A DNA stretch of 64,000 nucleotides from Escherichia coli (GTDB lineage: Bacteria > Pseudomonadota > Gammaproteobacteria > Enterobacterales > Enterobacteriaceae): NCBI RefSeq assembly GCF_003019035.1, contig NZ_CP027447.1. One strand, 5' to 3'. Within the stretch, counting starts at the first letter, position 1. The number at the start of each line of letters is the position of its first letter. Of the stretch, positions 37,491 to 47,784 are shown piece after piece. The position numbers and the translations under genes are program-made. The notes under the pieces were generated by a model that did no database searches, had not been told where the DNA came from, and saw only the letters and a program-made list of their open reading frames with translations.

Positions 37491-38390
37491 TTAGCCTCTA
37501 ACCTTTACCGCTTTACGCCACCGCAAGCCAAATACATTGATATACAGCCCGGTCATAATGAGCACCGCACCGAAAAATTGTAGACCCGTTAAGCGTTCAT
37601 CCAACAATAGTGCCGCACTTGCCAGTCCTACTACGGGCACCAGTAACGATAACGGTGCAACCCGCCAGGTTTCATAGCGTCCCAGTAACGTCCCCCAGAT
37701 CCCATAACCAACAATTGTCGCCACAAACGCCAGATACATCAGAGACAAGATGGTGGTCATATCGATAGTAACCAGACTGTGAATCATGGTTGCGGAACCA
37801 TCGAGAATCAGCGAGGCAACAAAGAAGGGAATGATTGGGATTAATGCACTCCAGATTACCAGCGACATCACCGCCGGACGCGTTGCGTGCGACATGATCT
37901 TTTTATTGAAGATGTTGCCACACGCCCAACTAAATGCTGCCGCCAGGGTCAACATAAAGCCGAGCATCGCCACATGCTGACCGTTCAGACTATCTTCGAT
38001 TAACACCAGTACGCCAAAAATCGCTAAGGCGATCCCCGCCAATTGTTTGCCATGCAGTCGCTCACCGAAAGTAAACGCTCCAAGCACGATAGTAAAAAAC
38101 GCCTGTGCCTGTAACACCAGCGAAGCCAGTCCAGCAGGCATACCGAAGTTAATGGCACAAAAAAGAAAAGCAAACTGCGCAAAACTGATGGTTAATCCAT
38201 ACCCCAGCAGCAAATTCAGTGGTACTTTCGGTCGTGCGACAAAAAAGATAGCCGGAAAAGCAACCAGCATAAAGCGCAAACCGGCCAACATCAGCGGTGG
38301 CATGTTATGAAGCCCCACTTTGATGACCACAAAATTTAGCCCCCATACGACCACTACCAGTAGCGCCAACACCCCATCTTTTCGCGACAT
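37491..38390 (-). CDS. eamA: O-acetylserine/cysteine exporter EamA (YdeD), 299 aa from MSRKDG
   Basis: DMT-superfamily 10-TM transporter; the track ORF is a 7-codon upstream extension. Confidence 0.9.
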   Translation of the reverse strand: MSRKDGVLALLVVVVWGLNFVVIKVGLHNMPPLMLAGLRFMLVAFPAIFFVARPKVPLNLLLGYGLTISFAQFAFLFCAINFGMPAGLASLVLQAQAFFTIVLGAFTFGERLHGKQLAGIALAIFGVLVLIEDSLNGQHVAMLGFMLTLAAAFSWACGNIFNKKIMSHATRPAVMSLVIWSALIPIIPFFVASLILDGSATMIHSLVTIDMTTILSLMYLAFVATIVGYGIWGTLLGRYETWRVAPLSLLVPVVGLASAALLLDERLTGLQFFGAVLIMTGLYINVFGLRWRKAVKVRG

Positions 38391-38584
38391 TCTACCGCCT
38401 CTGAATTTCATCTTTTGTAAGCAATCAACTTAGCTGAATTTACGTTTCTTTAACAGTTGATTCGTTAGTCGCCGATTACGACGGCATTAATGCGCAAATA
38501 AGTCGCTATACTTCGGATTTTTGCCATGCTATTTCTTTACATCTCTAAAACAAAACATAACGAAACGCACTGCCGGACAGACAA

Positions 38585-39772
38585 ATGAACTTATCCCTAC
38601 GACGCTCTACCAGCGCCCTTCTTGCCTCGTCGTTGTTATTAACCATCGGACGCGGCGCTACGCTGCCGTTTATGACCATTTACTTGAGTCGCCAGTACAG
38701 CCTGAGTGTCGATCTAATCGGTTATGCGATGACAATTGCGCTCACTATTGGCGTCGTTTTTAGCCTCGGTTTTGGTATCCTGGCGGATAAGTTCGACAAG
38801 AAACGCTATATGTTACTGGCAATTACCGCCTTCGCTAGCGGTTTTATTGCCATTCCTTTAGTGAATAACGTGACGCTGGTGGTGCTCTTTTTTGCCCTTA
38901 TTAACTGCGCCTACTCCGTTTTTGCTACCGTGCTGAAAGCCTGGTTTGCCGACAATCTTTCCTCCACCAGCAAAACGAAAATCTTCTCAATCAACTACAC
39001 CATGCTCAACATTGGCTGGACCATCGGTCCGCCGCTCGGCACGCTGTTGGTGATGCAGAGCATCAATCTGCCCTTTTGGCTGGCAGCTATCTGTTCCGCG
39101 TTTCCCATGCTTTTCATTCAAATTTGGGTAAAGCGCAGCGAGAAAATCATCGCCACGGAAACAGGCAGTGCCTGGTCGCCGAAAGTTTTATTACAAGATA
39201 AAGCACTGTTGTGGTTTACCTGCTCTGGTTTTCTGGCTTCCTTTGTTAGCGGCGCATTTGCTTCATGCATTTCACAATATGTGATGGTGATTGCTGATGG
39301 GGATTTTGCCGAAAAGGTGGTCGCGGTTGTTCTTCCGGTGAATGCCGCCATGGTAGTTACGTTGCAATATTCCGTGGGCCGCCGCCTTAACCCGGCTAAC
39401 ATCCGCGCGCTGATGACAGCAGGCACCCTCTGTTTCGTCATCGGTCTGGTTGGTTTTATTTTTTCCGGCAACAGCCTGCTAATGTGGGGTATGTCAGCTG
39501 CGGTATTTACTGTCGGTGAAATCATTTATGCGCCGGGCGAGTATATGTTGATTGACCATATTGCGCCGCCAGGAATGAAAGCCAGCTATTTTTCCGCCCA
39601 GTCTTTAGGCTGGCTTGGTGCTGCGATTAACCCATTAGTGAGTGGCATAGTACTTACCAGTCTGCCGCCTTTCTCGCTGTTTATCATCTTAGCGTTGGTG
39701 ATCGTTGCTGCGTGGGTGCTGATGTTAAAAGGAATTCGTGCAAGACCGTGGGGGCAGCCCGCGCTTTGTTGA
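38585..39772 (+). CDS. ydeE: MFS transporter YdeE
   Basis: 12-TM major facilitator, 395 aa. Confidence 0.9.
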   Translation: MNLSLRRSTSALLASSLLLTIGRGATLPFMTIYLSRQYSLSVDLIGYAMTIALTIGVVFSLGFGILADKFDKKRYMLLAITAFASGFIAIPLVNNVTLVVLFFALINCAYSVFATVLKAWFADNLSSTSKTKIFSINYTMLNIGWTIGPPLGTLLVMQSINLPFWLAAICSAFPMLFIQIWVKRSEKIIATETGSAWSPKVLLQDKALLWFTCSGFLASFVSGAFASCISQYVMVIADGDFAEKVVAVVLPVNAAMVVTLQYSVGRRLNPANIRALMTAGTLCFVIGLVGFIFSGNSLLMWGMSAAVFTVGEIIYAPGEYMLIDHIAPPGMKASYFSAQSLGWLGAAINPLVSGIVLTSLPPFSLFIILALVIVAAWVLMLKGIRARPWGQPALC

Positions 39773-39898
39773 TTTAAGTCGAACACAATAAAAATTTAAT
39801 TCAGCCTTCGTTTAGGTTACCTCTGCTAATATCTTTCTCATTGAGATGAAAATTAAGGTAAGCGAGGAAACACACCACACCATAAACGGAGGCAAATA

Positions 39899-39994
39899 AT
39901 GCTGGGTAATATGAATGTTTTTATGGCCGTACTGGGAATAATTTTATTTTCTGGGTTTCTGGCCGCGTATTTCAGCCACAAATGGGATGACTAA
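39899..39994 (+). CDS. mgtS: Small membrane protein MgtS (YneM), 31 aa
   Basis: Read by hand below the track cutoff: MLGNMNVFMAVLGIILFSGFLAAYFSHKWDD with stop at 39992-39994; Shine-Dalgarno GGAGG upstream. Confidence 0.85.
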   Translation: MLGNMNVFMAVLGIILFSGFLAAYFSHKWDD

Positions 39995-40021
39995 TGAACG
40001 GAGATAATCCCTCACCTAACC

Positions 40022-40060
40022 GGCCCCTTGTTACAGTTGTGTACAAGGGGCCTGATTTTT
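40022..40060 (+). terminator. Rho-independent terminator of mgtS
   Basis: 10-bp perfect stem GGCCCCTTGT / ACAAGGGGCC followed by TGATTTTTA. Confidence 0.7.
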
Positions 40061-40067
40061 ATGACGG

Positions 40068-40172
40068 CGAAAAAAAACCGCCAGTAAACCGGCGGTGAAT
40101 GCTTGCATGGATAGATTTGTGTTTTGCTTTTACGCTAACAGGCATTTTCCTGCACTGATAACGGATCGTTGA
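40068..40172 (-). ncRNA. mgrR: Putative PhoP-dependent sRNA MgrR (boundaries approximate)
   Basis: Minus-strand promoter with PhoP box at 40202-40218 and minus-strand intrinsic terminator at 40068-40096 (CCGCC stem plus 7-8 U); about 100 nt with no ORF; position between mgtS and dgcZ. Confidence 0.45.
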
Positions 40173-40201
40173 CACAGTAGCATCAGTTTTCTCAATGAAT
40201 G

Positions 40202-40218
40202 TTAAACGGAGCTTAAAC
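40202..40218 (-). promoter_or_regulatory. PhoP box (direct repeat GTTTAA-N5-GTTTAA) for the putative mgrR promoter
   Basis: Perfect hexamer direct repeat with 11-bp periodicity on the minus strand; overlaps the dgcZ stop codon. Confidence 0.45.
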
Positions 40219-41103
40219 TCGGTGAATCACGTTTTGTTCGTCAATAAACATACAGCGATTTCTTCCGGTTTGCTTACCCTCATACATTGCCCGGTCCGCT
40301 CTTCCAATGACCACATCCAGAGGCTCTTCAGGAAATGCGCGACTCACACCAGCAGTCACGGTAATGTTGATATGCCCTTCAGAATGTGTGATGGCATGGT
40401 TATCGACTAACTGGCAAATTCTGACACCTGCACGACATGCTTCTTCATCATTAGCCGCTTTGACAATAATGATAAATTCTTCGCCACCGTAGCGATAAAC
40501 CGTTTCGTAATCGCGCGTCCAACTGGCTAAGTAAGTTGCCAGGGTGCGTAATACTACATCGCCGATAAAATGCCCGTAGGTATCATTAACCAATTTAAAT
40601 CGGTCAATATCCAACAACATTAAATAAAGATTCAGAGGATCAGCGTTGCGTAACTGATGATCAAAGGATTCATCAAGAACCCGACGCCCCGGCAATCCCG
40701 TCAGAACATCCATATTGCTACGGATCGTCAGCAAATAAATTTTGTAATCGGTTAATGCCGCAGTAAAAGAAAGCAACCCTTCCTGAAAAGCGTCGAAATG
40801 CGCGTCCTGCCAGTGATTTTCAACAATAGCCAGCATTAATTCCCGACCACAGTTATGCATATGTTGATGGGCAGAATCCATTAGCCGAACGTAAGGTAAT
40901 TCATCGTTATCGAGTGGCCCCAGATGATCAATCCACCGACCAAACTGGCACAGTCCATAAGAATGGTTATCCGTTATTTCTGGCTTACTGGCATCTCTCG
41001 CGACCACGCTGTGAAACATACTTACCAGCCACTGGTAGTGGGCATCGATAGCCTTATTGAGATTTAACAAGATGGCATCAATTTCCGTTGTCTTCTTGAT
41101 CAT
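40213..41103 (-). CDS. dgcZ: Zinc-regulated diguanylate cyclase DgcZ (YdeH), 296 aa from MIKKTTE
   Basis: CZB zinc-binding domain plus GGDEF domain with GGEEF motif (…YRYGGEEFII…). Confidence 0.9.
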   Translation of the reverse strand: MIKKTTEIDAILLNLNKAIDAHYQWLVSMFHSVVARDASKPEITDNHSYGLCQFGRWIDHLGPLDNDELPYVRLMDSAHQHMHNCGRELMLAIVENHWQDAHFDAFQEGLLSFTAALTDYKIYLLTIRSNMDVLTGLPGRRVLDESFDHQLRNADPLNLYLMLLDIDRFKLVNDTYGHFIGDVVLRTLATYLASWTRDYETVYRYGGEEFIIIVKAANDEEACRAGVRICQLVDNHAITHSEGHINITVTAGVSRAFPEEPLDVVIGRADRAMYEGKQTGRNRCMFIDEQNVIHRV

Positions 41104-41357
41104 TGCCACTCCTTTTTCACAGTTCCTTGTGCGCGCTATTCTAACGGGAGAAAAGCAAAATTACGTCAATATTTTCATAGAAATCCGAAGTTATGAGTCA
41201 TCTCTGAGATAACATTGTGATTTGAAACAAAATCAGCAGATAAAAAAGTGTTTAATTCTGTAAATTAACCCTGCATTATCGCAATTAAAAGGATGACAAA
41301 TAACATAACCCAATAACCTAATGGCCCCGTAGTTCAGGCCATCAGGCTAATTTATTT

Positions 41358-41750
41358 TTATTTCTGCAAATGAGTGACCCGAACGACGGCCGGAGCGCTT
41401 TTCTTATCCAGACTTCCGCTAATGTTGATCATCTGGTCCGGCTGAACTTCTCGTCCATCAAAGACTGCCGCAGGAATAACAACATTAATTTCACCGCTCT
41501 TATCGCGAAAAACGTAACGGTCTTCTCCTTTGTGAGAAATCAAATTACCGCGCAGTGAAACCGAAGCGCCATCATGCATGGTTTTTGCGAAATCAACGGT
41601 CATTTTTTTTGCATCATCGGTTCCGCGATAGCCATCTTCTATTGCATGAGGCGGCGGTGGCGCTGCATCCTGTTTTAATCCGCCCTGGTCATCTGCCAAC
41701 GCATAAGGCATGACAAGAAAACTTGCTAATACAATGGCCTGAAATTTCAT
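41358..41750 (-). CDS. ydeI: Periplasmic OB-fold stress protein YdeI (BOF/YgiW family)
   Basis: Signal peptide [19 protein letters not shown]; 130 aa. Confidence 0.85.
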
Positions 41751-41993
41751 ACTGACTCCTTAATTGCGTTTGGTTTGACTTATAAAGTCTGGTTGCTATT
41801 TTTATAATTGCCAAATAAGAATACTGCCAATTGTTATAAGGCATTTAAAATCAGGCTACTAACTGTCAAATATTCAGAGAATTTAACTCACTAAGGTTAA
41901 GAAGAAGATTAAAGAGTCTTAAACATATTTCAGAACAATCAGATTTATAAATTTGAAAATTATTATAACGGAAGAGTATACAAAAAAAGTAAT

Positions 41994-42071
41994 TTTGCTG
42001 GCGACTGCGAAACGGCATTCGCATTAGCGGTGAAGTTTGCCCTCGCCCAACTGCTGCAATTACTGCTATAA
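41994..42071 (+). pseudogene. ydeJ: 3' remnant of a CinA-family gene (ydeJ-like), about 26 codons
   Basis: In-frame tail …AGDCETAFALAVKFALAQLLQLLL* resembles the C-terminus of CinA/PncC-family proteins; no start codon or upstream homology, only AT-rich sequence precedes it. Confidence 0.35.
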
Positions 42072-42115
42072 CGAGGCTGGTCTGGCGATAAATCCAGGCC
42101 AGCCATTGGTGGTGT

Positions 42116-44161
42116 TTATACGTTCAAGCCACGATGTTGCAGCATCGGCATAATCTGAGGTGCCTTACCGCGCCATTGTCGATACAGGCGTTCCAGATCT
42201 TCGCTGTTACCTCTGGAAAGAATCGCCTCGCGAAAACGCAGCCCATTTTCACGCGTTAATCCGCCCTGCTCAACAAACCACTGATAACCATCATCGGCCA
42301 ACATTTGCGTCCACAGATAAGCGTAATAACCCGCGGCATATCCGCCACCAAAAATATGGGCGAAATAACTGCTGCGATAGCGTGGCGGTATAGCGGGAAG
42401 ATCCATATTTTCCGCCACCAGCGCCCGCAATTCGAAATCATCGACATCCTGCATTGCTTCGTTTTCTTCCAGGCAATGCCAGCGCATATCGAGAAGTGCG
42501 GCGCTAAGCAGTTCGCTCATCTCATACCCTTTATTGAACAGGCTGGCATTACGCATTTTCTGTTGCAGTTCGTCAGGCATCGCTGCCCCGCTCTGATAAT
42601 GCCGGGCGTAGCGAGCGAATACCTGCGGATGCGTTGCCCAGTGTTCGTTGATTTGCGACGGAAATTCGACAAAATCACGCGGCGTGTTGGTGCCGGAAAG
42701 CGTGGCATAACGCTGGCAGGCAAACAGGCCGTGCAGCGTATGACCAAATTCATGGAATAAGGTTATTACATCATCCCAGAGTAACAACGCAGGCTCCCCA
42801 GCAGCGGGTTTCTGATAATTGCAGACGTTATAAATTACCGGGTGCGTTTCATTCAGCGTTGATTGCTCAACAAAATTGCCCATCCATGCGCCGCCGCTTT
42901 TTGAATCACGGGCGAAGAAATCACCGTAAAATAACGCCAGCCCCACGCCATTATGATCAAAAATTTCCCACACCCGAACGTCAGGATGGTAGACAGGAAT
43001 ATCAAAACGTTCGACAAACTTAATACCGAAGAGCTGATTCGCGGTCCAGAATACACCTTCATTCAACACCGTGTTTAATTCAAAATATGGCTTGAGCTGC
43101 GACTCATCGAGATCGAATTTCTCACGTCTTACCTGCTCGGCATAAAATGCCCAGTCCCACGGCTGCGCGCTAAACCCGCCCTGCTGCTTATCGATAACCG
43201 CCTGTATGGAGGCTAATTCATCGCTTGCACGTTGACGCGCCGCTGGAACAATTTCCCGCATAAAGTTGAGTGCTGCTTCAGGTGTTTTTGCCATCTGATC
43301 GGCGATTTTCCATGCGGCATAATGAGGAAAACCAAGTAATGTTGCCTGTTGTGCACGGATCTCCACCAGACGTTGAATGATAGCGCGGGTATCATTGGCA
43401 TCATTTTTTTCCGCTCGCGTCCAGCCCGCAATAAACAGTTTTTCACGCGTCGCACGATCGCGCAGTTCAGCAAGCGCTGGTTGCTGGGTGGTATTCAGCA
43501 GCGGAATCAGCCATTTGTTATCCAGACCTTTCTCGCGAGCCGCCTCTGCCGCCAGCGCAATCTCTTGCTCACTCATTCCTGCCAGCTGCGCGATATCGTT
43601 CACAACCAGACCGCCGGATTTATTTGCTGCCAGTAACCGCTGGTTAAACTGGCTGGTCAGGGTCGCAGCTTCTGTATTCAGTACTTTTAATTTTGCTTTA
43701 TCAGCTTGCTTAAGTTTGGCTCCGGCAAGGACAAAACGTTGATGAATCACCTCCACCAGGCGGATGGATTCACTATCAAGCCCCAGGGATTCACGGCGCT
43801 GCCAGACAGCATCTACCCGCGCGAATAATTCCCCGTTCAGATAGATATCATTCGCAAGTTCCGCCAGTTCAGCGGAAAACTGTTCATCAAGACGCTGTAA
43901 TTCATCATTGGTATGCGCCGCAGTCATCGCAAAAAAGACGCTGGTAACGCGGGTAAGTAATTCTCCGCTTTGTTCCAGTGCCAGAATAGTATTGTTGAAA
44001 TCAGGCGTTTGCGGGTTAAGCGCGATGGCAGTAATTTCTGCCCGCTTTTGCAGCATTCCCTCATCGAATGCCGGGCGATAGTGATGATTGGCAATTTGAT
44101 CAAAATGGGGAGCCAGATACGGCAGTGTGCTTTGCACAAGGAAAGGATTCATTGTTGTCAT
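42116..44161 (-). CDS. dcp: Dipeptidyl carboxypeptidase II (M3 metallopeptidase), 681 aa from MTTMNPF
   Basis: HEFGH zinc-binding motif (…TLFHEFGHTLHG…); the track ORF is a 22-codon upstream extension. Confidence 0.9.
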   Translation of the reverse strand: MTTMNPFLVQSTLPYLAPHFDQIANHHYRPAFDEGMLQKRAEITAIALNPQTPDFNNTILALEQSGELLTRVTSVFFAMTAAHTNDELQRLDEQFSAELAELANDIYLNGELFARVDAVWQRRESLGLDSESIRLVEVIHQRFVLAGAKLKQADKAKLKVLNTEAATLTSQFNQRLLAANKSGGLVVNDIAQLAGMSEQEIALAAEAAREKGLDNKWLIPLLNTTQQPALAELRDRATREKLFIAGWTRAEKNDANDTRAIIQRLVEIRAQQATLLGFPHYAAWKIADQMAKTPEAALNFMREIVPAARQRASDELASIQAVIDKQQGGFSAQPWDWAFYAEQVRREKFDLDESQLKPYFELNTVLNEGVFWTANQLFGIKFVERFDIPVYHPDVRVWEIFDHNGVGLALFYGDFFARDSKSGGAWMGNFVEQSTLNETHPVIYNVCNYQKPAAGEPALLLWDDVITLFHEFGHTLHGLFACQRYATLSGTNTPRDFVEFPSQINEHWATHPQVFARYARHYQSGAAMPDELQQKMRNASLFNKGYEMSELLSAALLDMRWHCLEENEAMQDVDDFELRALVAENMDLPAIPPRYRSSYFAHIFGGGYAAGYYAYLWTQMLADDGYQWFVEQGGLTRENGLRFREAILSRGNSEDLERLYRQWRGKAPQIMPMLQHRGLNV

Positions 44162-44297
44162 TTTCTTCTCCTGAACGCGAGGTGTTCCATAGCGTAGGCT
44201 TACTGATAACGGAGTGCAATCTTGCAAACCAGTATTACCCGCTCTTAAGCATCACGTGCTATGTTATTGACACACAAAAGCGTTGAGGAACAGTGAG

Positions 44298-45044
44298 ATG
44301 ATCGTTTTAGTAACTGGAGCAACGGCAGGTTTTGGTGAATGCATTACTCGTCGTTTTATTCAACAAGGGCATAAAGTTATCGCCACTGGCCGTCGCCAGG
44401 AGCGGTTGCAGGAGTTAAAAGACGAACTGGGAGATAATCTGTATATCGCCCAACTGGACGTTCGCAACCGCGCCGCTATTGAAGAGATGCTGGCCTCGCT
44501 CCCTGCCGAGTGGAGTAATATTGATATCCTGGTAAACAATGCCGGCCTGGCGTTGGGCATGGAGCCTGCGCATAAAGCCAGCATTGAAGACTGGGAAACG
44601 ATGATTGATACCAACAACAAAGGCCTGGTATATATGACGCGCGCCGTCTTACCGGGTATGGTTGAACGTAATCATGGTCATATTATTAACATTGGCTCAA
44701 CGGCAGGTAGCTGGCCGTATGCCGGTGGTAACGTTTACGGTGCGACGAAAGCGTTTGTTCGTCAGTTTAGCCTGAATCTGCGTACGGACCTGCATGGTAC
44801 GGCGGTGCGCGTCACCGACATCGAACCGGGTCTGGTGGGTGGCACCGAGTTTTCCAATGTCCGCTTTAAAGGCGATGACGGTAAAGCGGAAAAAACCTAT
44901 CAAAATACCGTTGCATTGACGCCAGAAGATGTCAGCGAAGCCGTCTGGTGGGTGTCAACGCTGCCTGCTCACGTCAATATCAATACCCTGGAAATGATGC
45001 CGGTTACCCAAAGCTATGCCGGACTGAATGTCCACCGTCAGTAA
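44298..45044 (+). CDS. ydfG: NADP-dependent 3-hydroxy acid dehydrogenase YdfG (SDR family), 248 aa from MIVLVTG
   Basis: SDR cofactor motif TGATAGFG and YxxxK active site. Confidence 0.9.
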   Translation: MIVLVTGATAGFGECITRRFIQQGHKVIATGRRQERLQELKDELGDNLYIAQLDVRNRAAIEEMLASLPAEWSNIDILVNNAGLALGMEPAHKASIEDWETMIDTNNKGLVYMTRAVLPGMVERNHGHIINIGSTAGSWPYAGGNVYGATKAFVRQFSLNLRTDLHGTAVRVTDIEPGLVGGTEFSNVRFKGDDGKAEKTYQNTVALTPEDVSEAVWWVSTLPAHVNINTLEMMPVTQSYAGLNVHRQ

Positions 45045-45052
45045 TTTTTATA

Positions 45053-45080
45053 CCCGGCGTAACTGCCGGGTTATTGCTTG
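45053..45080 (+). terminator. Rho-independent terminator of ydfG
   Basis: Stem CCCGGC/GCCGGG with loop GTAACT followed by TTATTGCTTG. Confidence 0.6.
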
Positions 45081-45132
45081 TCACAAAAAAGTGGTAGACT
45101 CATGCAGTTAACTCACTCACAAGCAAGAACGA

Positions 45133-45819
45133 ATGACCGTCGAAACGCAACTTAATCCCACACAGCCTGTCAATCAGCAGATTTATCGTATTCTTCGTCG
45201 CGACATTGTCCATTGCCTGATTGCTCCAGGCACACCGTTGTCGGAAAAAGAAGTTTCTGTTCGTTTCAATGTGTCACGCCAGCCAGTTCGTGAAGCCTTT
45301 ATTAAACTGGCGGAAAACGGCCTGATTCAAATTCGTCCGCAGCGTGGCAGCTACGTCAACAAAATTTCCATGGCCCAGGTGCGCAACGGCAGTTTTATCC
45401 GTCAGGCCATTGAGTGTGCGGTGGCGCGTCGGGCGGCGAGCATGATTACCGAAAGCCAGTGCTACCAACTGGAACAAAATCTTCACCAGCAACGCATTGC
45501 CATTGAGCGCAAGCAACTGGATGATTTTTTTGAACTTGATGACAACTTCCATCAACTCCTGACGCAGATTGCCGACTGTCAACTGGCGTGGGATACCATT
45601 GAGAACCTGAAAGCGACCGTTGATCGCGTGCGCTATATGAGTTTCGACCACGTTTCTCCACCAGAAATGCTGTTACGCCAGCATCTTGAGATTTTCTCTG
45701 CCCTGCAAAAACGTGATGGCGATGCGGTAGAACGTGCAATGACGCAACATTTGCAGGAAATCAGCGAATCCGTGCGCCAGATCCGCCAGGAAAACAGCGA
45801 CTGGTTTAGCGAAGAGTAA
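45133..45819 (+). CDS. rspR: GntR/FadR-family regulator RspR (YdfH)
   Basis: N-terminal GntR HTH plus FCD domain, 228 aa. Confidence 0.9.
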   Translation: MTVETQLNPTQPVNQQIYRILRRDIVHCLIAPGTPLSEKEVSVRFNVSRQPVREAFIKLAENGLIQIRPQRGSYVNKISMAQVRNGSFIRQAIECAVARRAASMITESQCYQLEQNLHQQRIAIERKQLDDFFELDDNFHQLLTQIADCQLAWDTIENLKATVDRVRYMSFDHVSPPEMLLRQHLEIFSALQKRDGDAVERAMTQHLQEISESVRQIRQENSDWFSEE

Positions 45820-45901
45820 TTCATTTCCTCTCATCCCATCCGGGGTGAGAGTCTATTCGCCCCGCCTTATGGCTCATGCATGCATCAAAAAAGATGTGAG
45901 C

Positions 45902-45915
45902 TTGATCAAAAACAA
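45902..45915 (+). promoter_or_regulatory. Candidate FNR site upstream of ydfZ
   Basis: TTGAT-CAAA-AACAA (9 of 10 to the TTGAT-N4-ATCAA consensus), centred about 89 bp upstream of the ydfZ ATG. Confidence 0.3.
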
Positions 45916-45996
45916 AAAATATTTCACTCGACAGGAGTATTTATATTGCGCCCGTTACGTGGGCTTCGACTGTAAATCAGAAAGGAGAAAACACCT

Positions 45997-46200
45997 ATGA
46001 CGACCTACGATCGTAACCGTAACGCAATCACCACTGGCAGCCGTGTTATGGTTAGCGGCACCGGTCACACTGGCAAGATCCTGTCGATTGATACTGAAGG
46101 TCTGACCGCTGAGCAAATCCGCCGCGGAAAAACCGTAGTTGTTGAAGGTTGTGAAGAGAAACTGGCACCTCTGGACCTGATTCGTCTCGGCATGAACTAA
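45997..46200 (+). CDS. ydfZ: YdfZ (67 aa)
   Basis: Small conserved protein [29 protein letters not shown]…; the overlapping 90-aa minus-strand ORF is treated as spurious. Confidence 0.85.
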
Positions 46201-46207
46201 GCGTGTG

Positions 46208-46237
46208 AATGCCGCCGATGGCGGCATTGCTTTTTTT
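46208..46237 (+). terminator. Rho-independent terminator of ydfZ
   Basis: Stem AATGCCGCC/GGCGGCATT followed by GCTTTTTTT. Confidence 0.65.
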
Positions 46238-47696
46238 ACTTCACGGAATATTTCGCCACGGTCGCTTTCGCACCATGCGCTAATAAAGACAAGTACGCTT
46301 CCGTCACTTTTGCAGTAAACAAGCTATTGTCTGGCAAATCATCACCAAAGATCGCCTTAATCGCCAGCAATGACTGGACGCGCGCTTTCCCTTCGGCACT
46401 ACTTTGTACAGCCTTCTGAATAACAGGTAACAGTGGGTCACTGATTTCTATCGGATTTCCCTGTTCATCAACACCACCGACATAACGCATCCAACCTGCG
46501 ACGCCCAGCGCCAGCAGATCGAACTTGCTGTCATGCGCCAGATGCCAGCGAACAGAATCCAACATCCGCTGTGGCAATTTCTGGCTGCCATCCATCGCAA
46601 TCTGCCAGGTTCGATGACGTAGCGCCGGGTTGCTATAGCGTTCAATTAATCGGTTAGCGTAATCTTGCAAATCAACGCCCTGCACTTTCAGCGTCGGCGC
46701 TTGTTCCTGCAACATCAAGGCATACGCTGCATGACGATAATGTTCATCTTCCATGCAGTCATTAATGTGCTGATATCCGGCAAGATAACCCAGATACGCC
46801 AGGAATGAATGACTGCCGTTGAGCATGCGCAACTTCATCTCTTCATAAGGCAGCACATCACTAACCAGTTCGGCTCCCGCTTTTTCCCATTCCGGACGTC
46901 CGGCAACAAAGTTATCTTCTATTACCCACTGGCGGAAAGGTTCACAGGCAACGCCAGCAGGATCGCGCACACCGGTAAGTTGTTCGATTTTCGCCAGCGT
47001 ATCCTCTGTCACTGCGGGCACAATACGGTCCACCATTGTTGATGGGAAAGTCACGTTTTCTTCGATCCATTGTGCCAGTTTTACATCAACAGCTTGCGCG
47101 TAGGAAGTGACAACGTCACGCATAACATGACCGTTTTCTGGCATGTTGTCACATGACATGACGGTAAATGCGGGAAGTCCTGCCGCTTTACGGCGAGCCA
47201 GCGCCTCAACAATCACCCCTGTTGCAGTTTTCGGCTGGTGGGGATTTTGTAAGTCGGCAACGACCATCGGGTGATCGAGCATTAACTGTCCGGTCGCCGG
47301 AGAGTGGAAATACCCTTTTTCGGTGATTGTCAGAGAGACAATCGCGATTTGCGGTTCACACATCGCAGCCAACACGGTTTCTAAGCCATCAATCTGTACG
47401 TGCAAGGCTTTTTTAACGACGCCAACGACGCGAGCCGTCCACGCATCGGCCGACATTTCCGCAACGGTATAAAGATTATCTTGCTGTTGTAAATCGGCAA
47501 TTTGCTGTTCGCCGCCGATTAAATTGACCTCATAATATCCCCAGTCACTGAAATGTTCCGTAGCAAGAATATCGGCATACACACCCTGATGCGCACGGTG
47601 AAATGCACCAAAGCCTAAATGAACAATTCTTGGGGCCAGGTTATTACGATCATAAACAGGGAGCGTCGCTTTTGCTGATAACAAATTATTTCCCAT
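46236..47696 (-). CDS. ydfI: Mannitol-dehydrogenase-family oxidoreductase YdfI
   Basis: Same fold family as UxaB/UxuB; 486 aa. Confidence 0.9.
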   Translation of the reverse strand: MGNNLLSAKATLPVYDRNNLAPRIVHLGFGAFHRAHQGVYADILATEHFSDWGYYEVNLIGGEQQIADLQQQDNLYTVAEMSADAWTARVVGVVKKALHVQIDGLETVLAAMCEPQIAIVSLTITEKGYFHSPATGQLMLDHPMVVADLQNPHQPKTATGVIVEALARRKAAGLPAFTVMSCDNMPENGHVMRDVVTSYAQAVDVKLAQWIEENVTFPSTMVDRIVPAVTEDTLAKIEQLTGVRDPAGVACEPFRQWVIEDNFVAGRPEWEKAGAELVSDVLPYEEMKLRMLNGSHSFLAYLGYLAGYQHINDCMEDEHYRHAAYALMLQEQAPTLKVQGVDLQDYANRLIERYSNPALRHRTWQIAMDGSQKLPQRMLDSVRWHLAHDSKFDLLALGVAGWMRYVGGVDEQGNPIEISDPLLPVIQKAVQSSAEGKARVQSLLAIKAIFGDDLPDNSLFTAKVTEAYLSLLAHGAKATVAKYSVK

Positions 47697-47784
47697 AACA
47701 ATTCCTTAAATATAAATATGGCAAGCTACATGTTTTGTTATATGAATAAAAATCCCCTCTCCGGTAAGAGAAGGGATGGAGGAT

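Noticed and set aside
39798-39831. PhoP box for the mgtS promoter
   Set aside because: Only a single good half-site (GTTTAG at 39808-39813) upstream of a TAATAT -10; the second hexamer is poor, so I did not annotate it as a feature.
42073-42102. GC-rich imperfect hairpin downstream of dcp as a dcp terminator
   Set aside because: One mismatch in the stem and no U-tract on the dcp strand; may be residual structure from the deleted ydeJ region.
45955-46227. 90-aa minus-strand ORF overlapping ydfZ
   Set aside because: ydfZ on the plus strand is the recognised product with its own terminator; the antisense frame has no start context.
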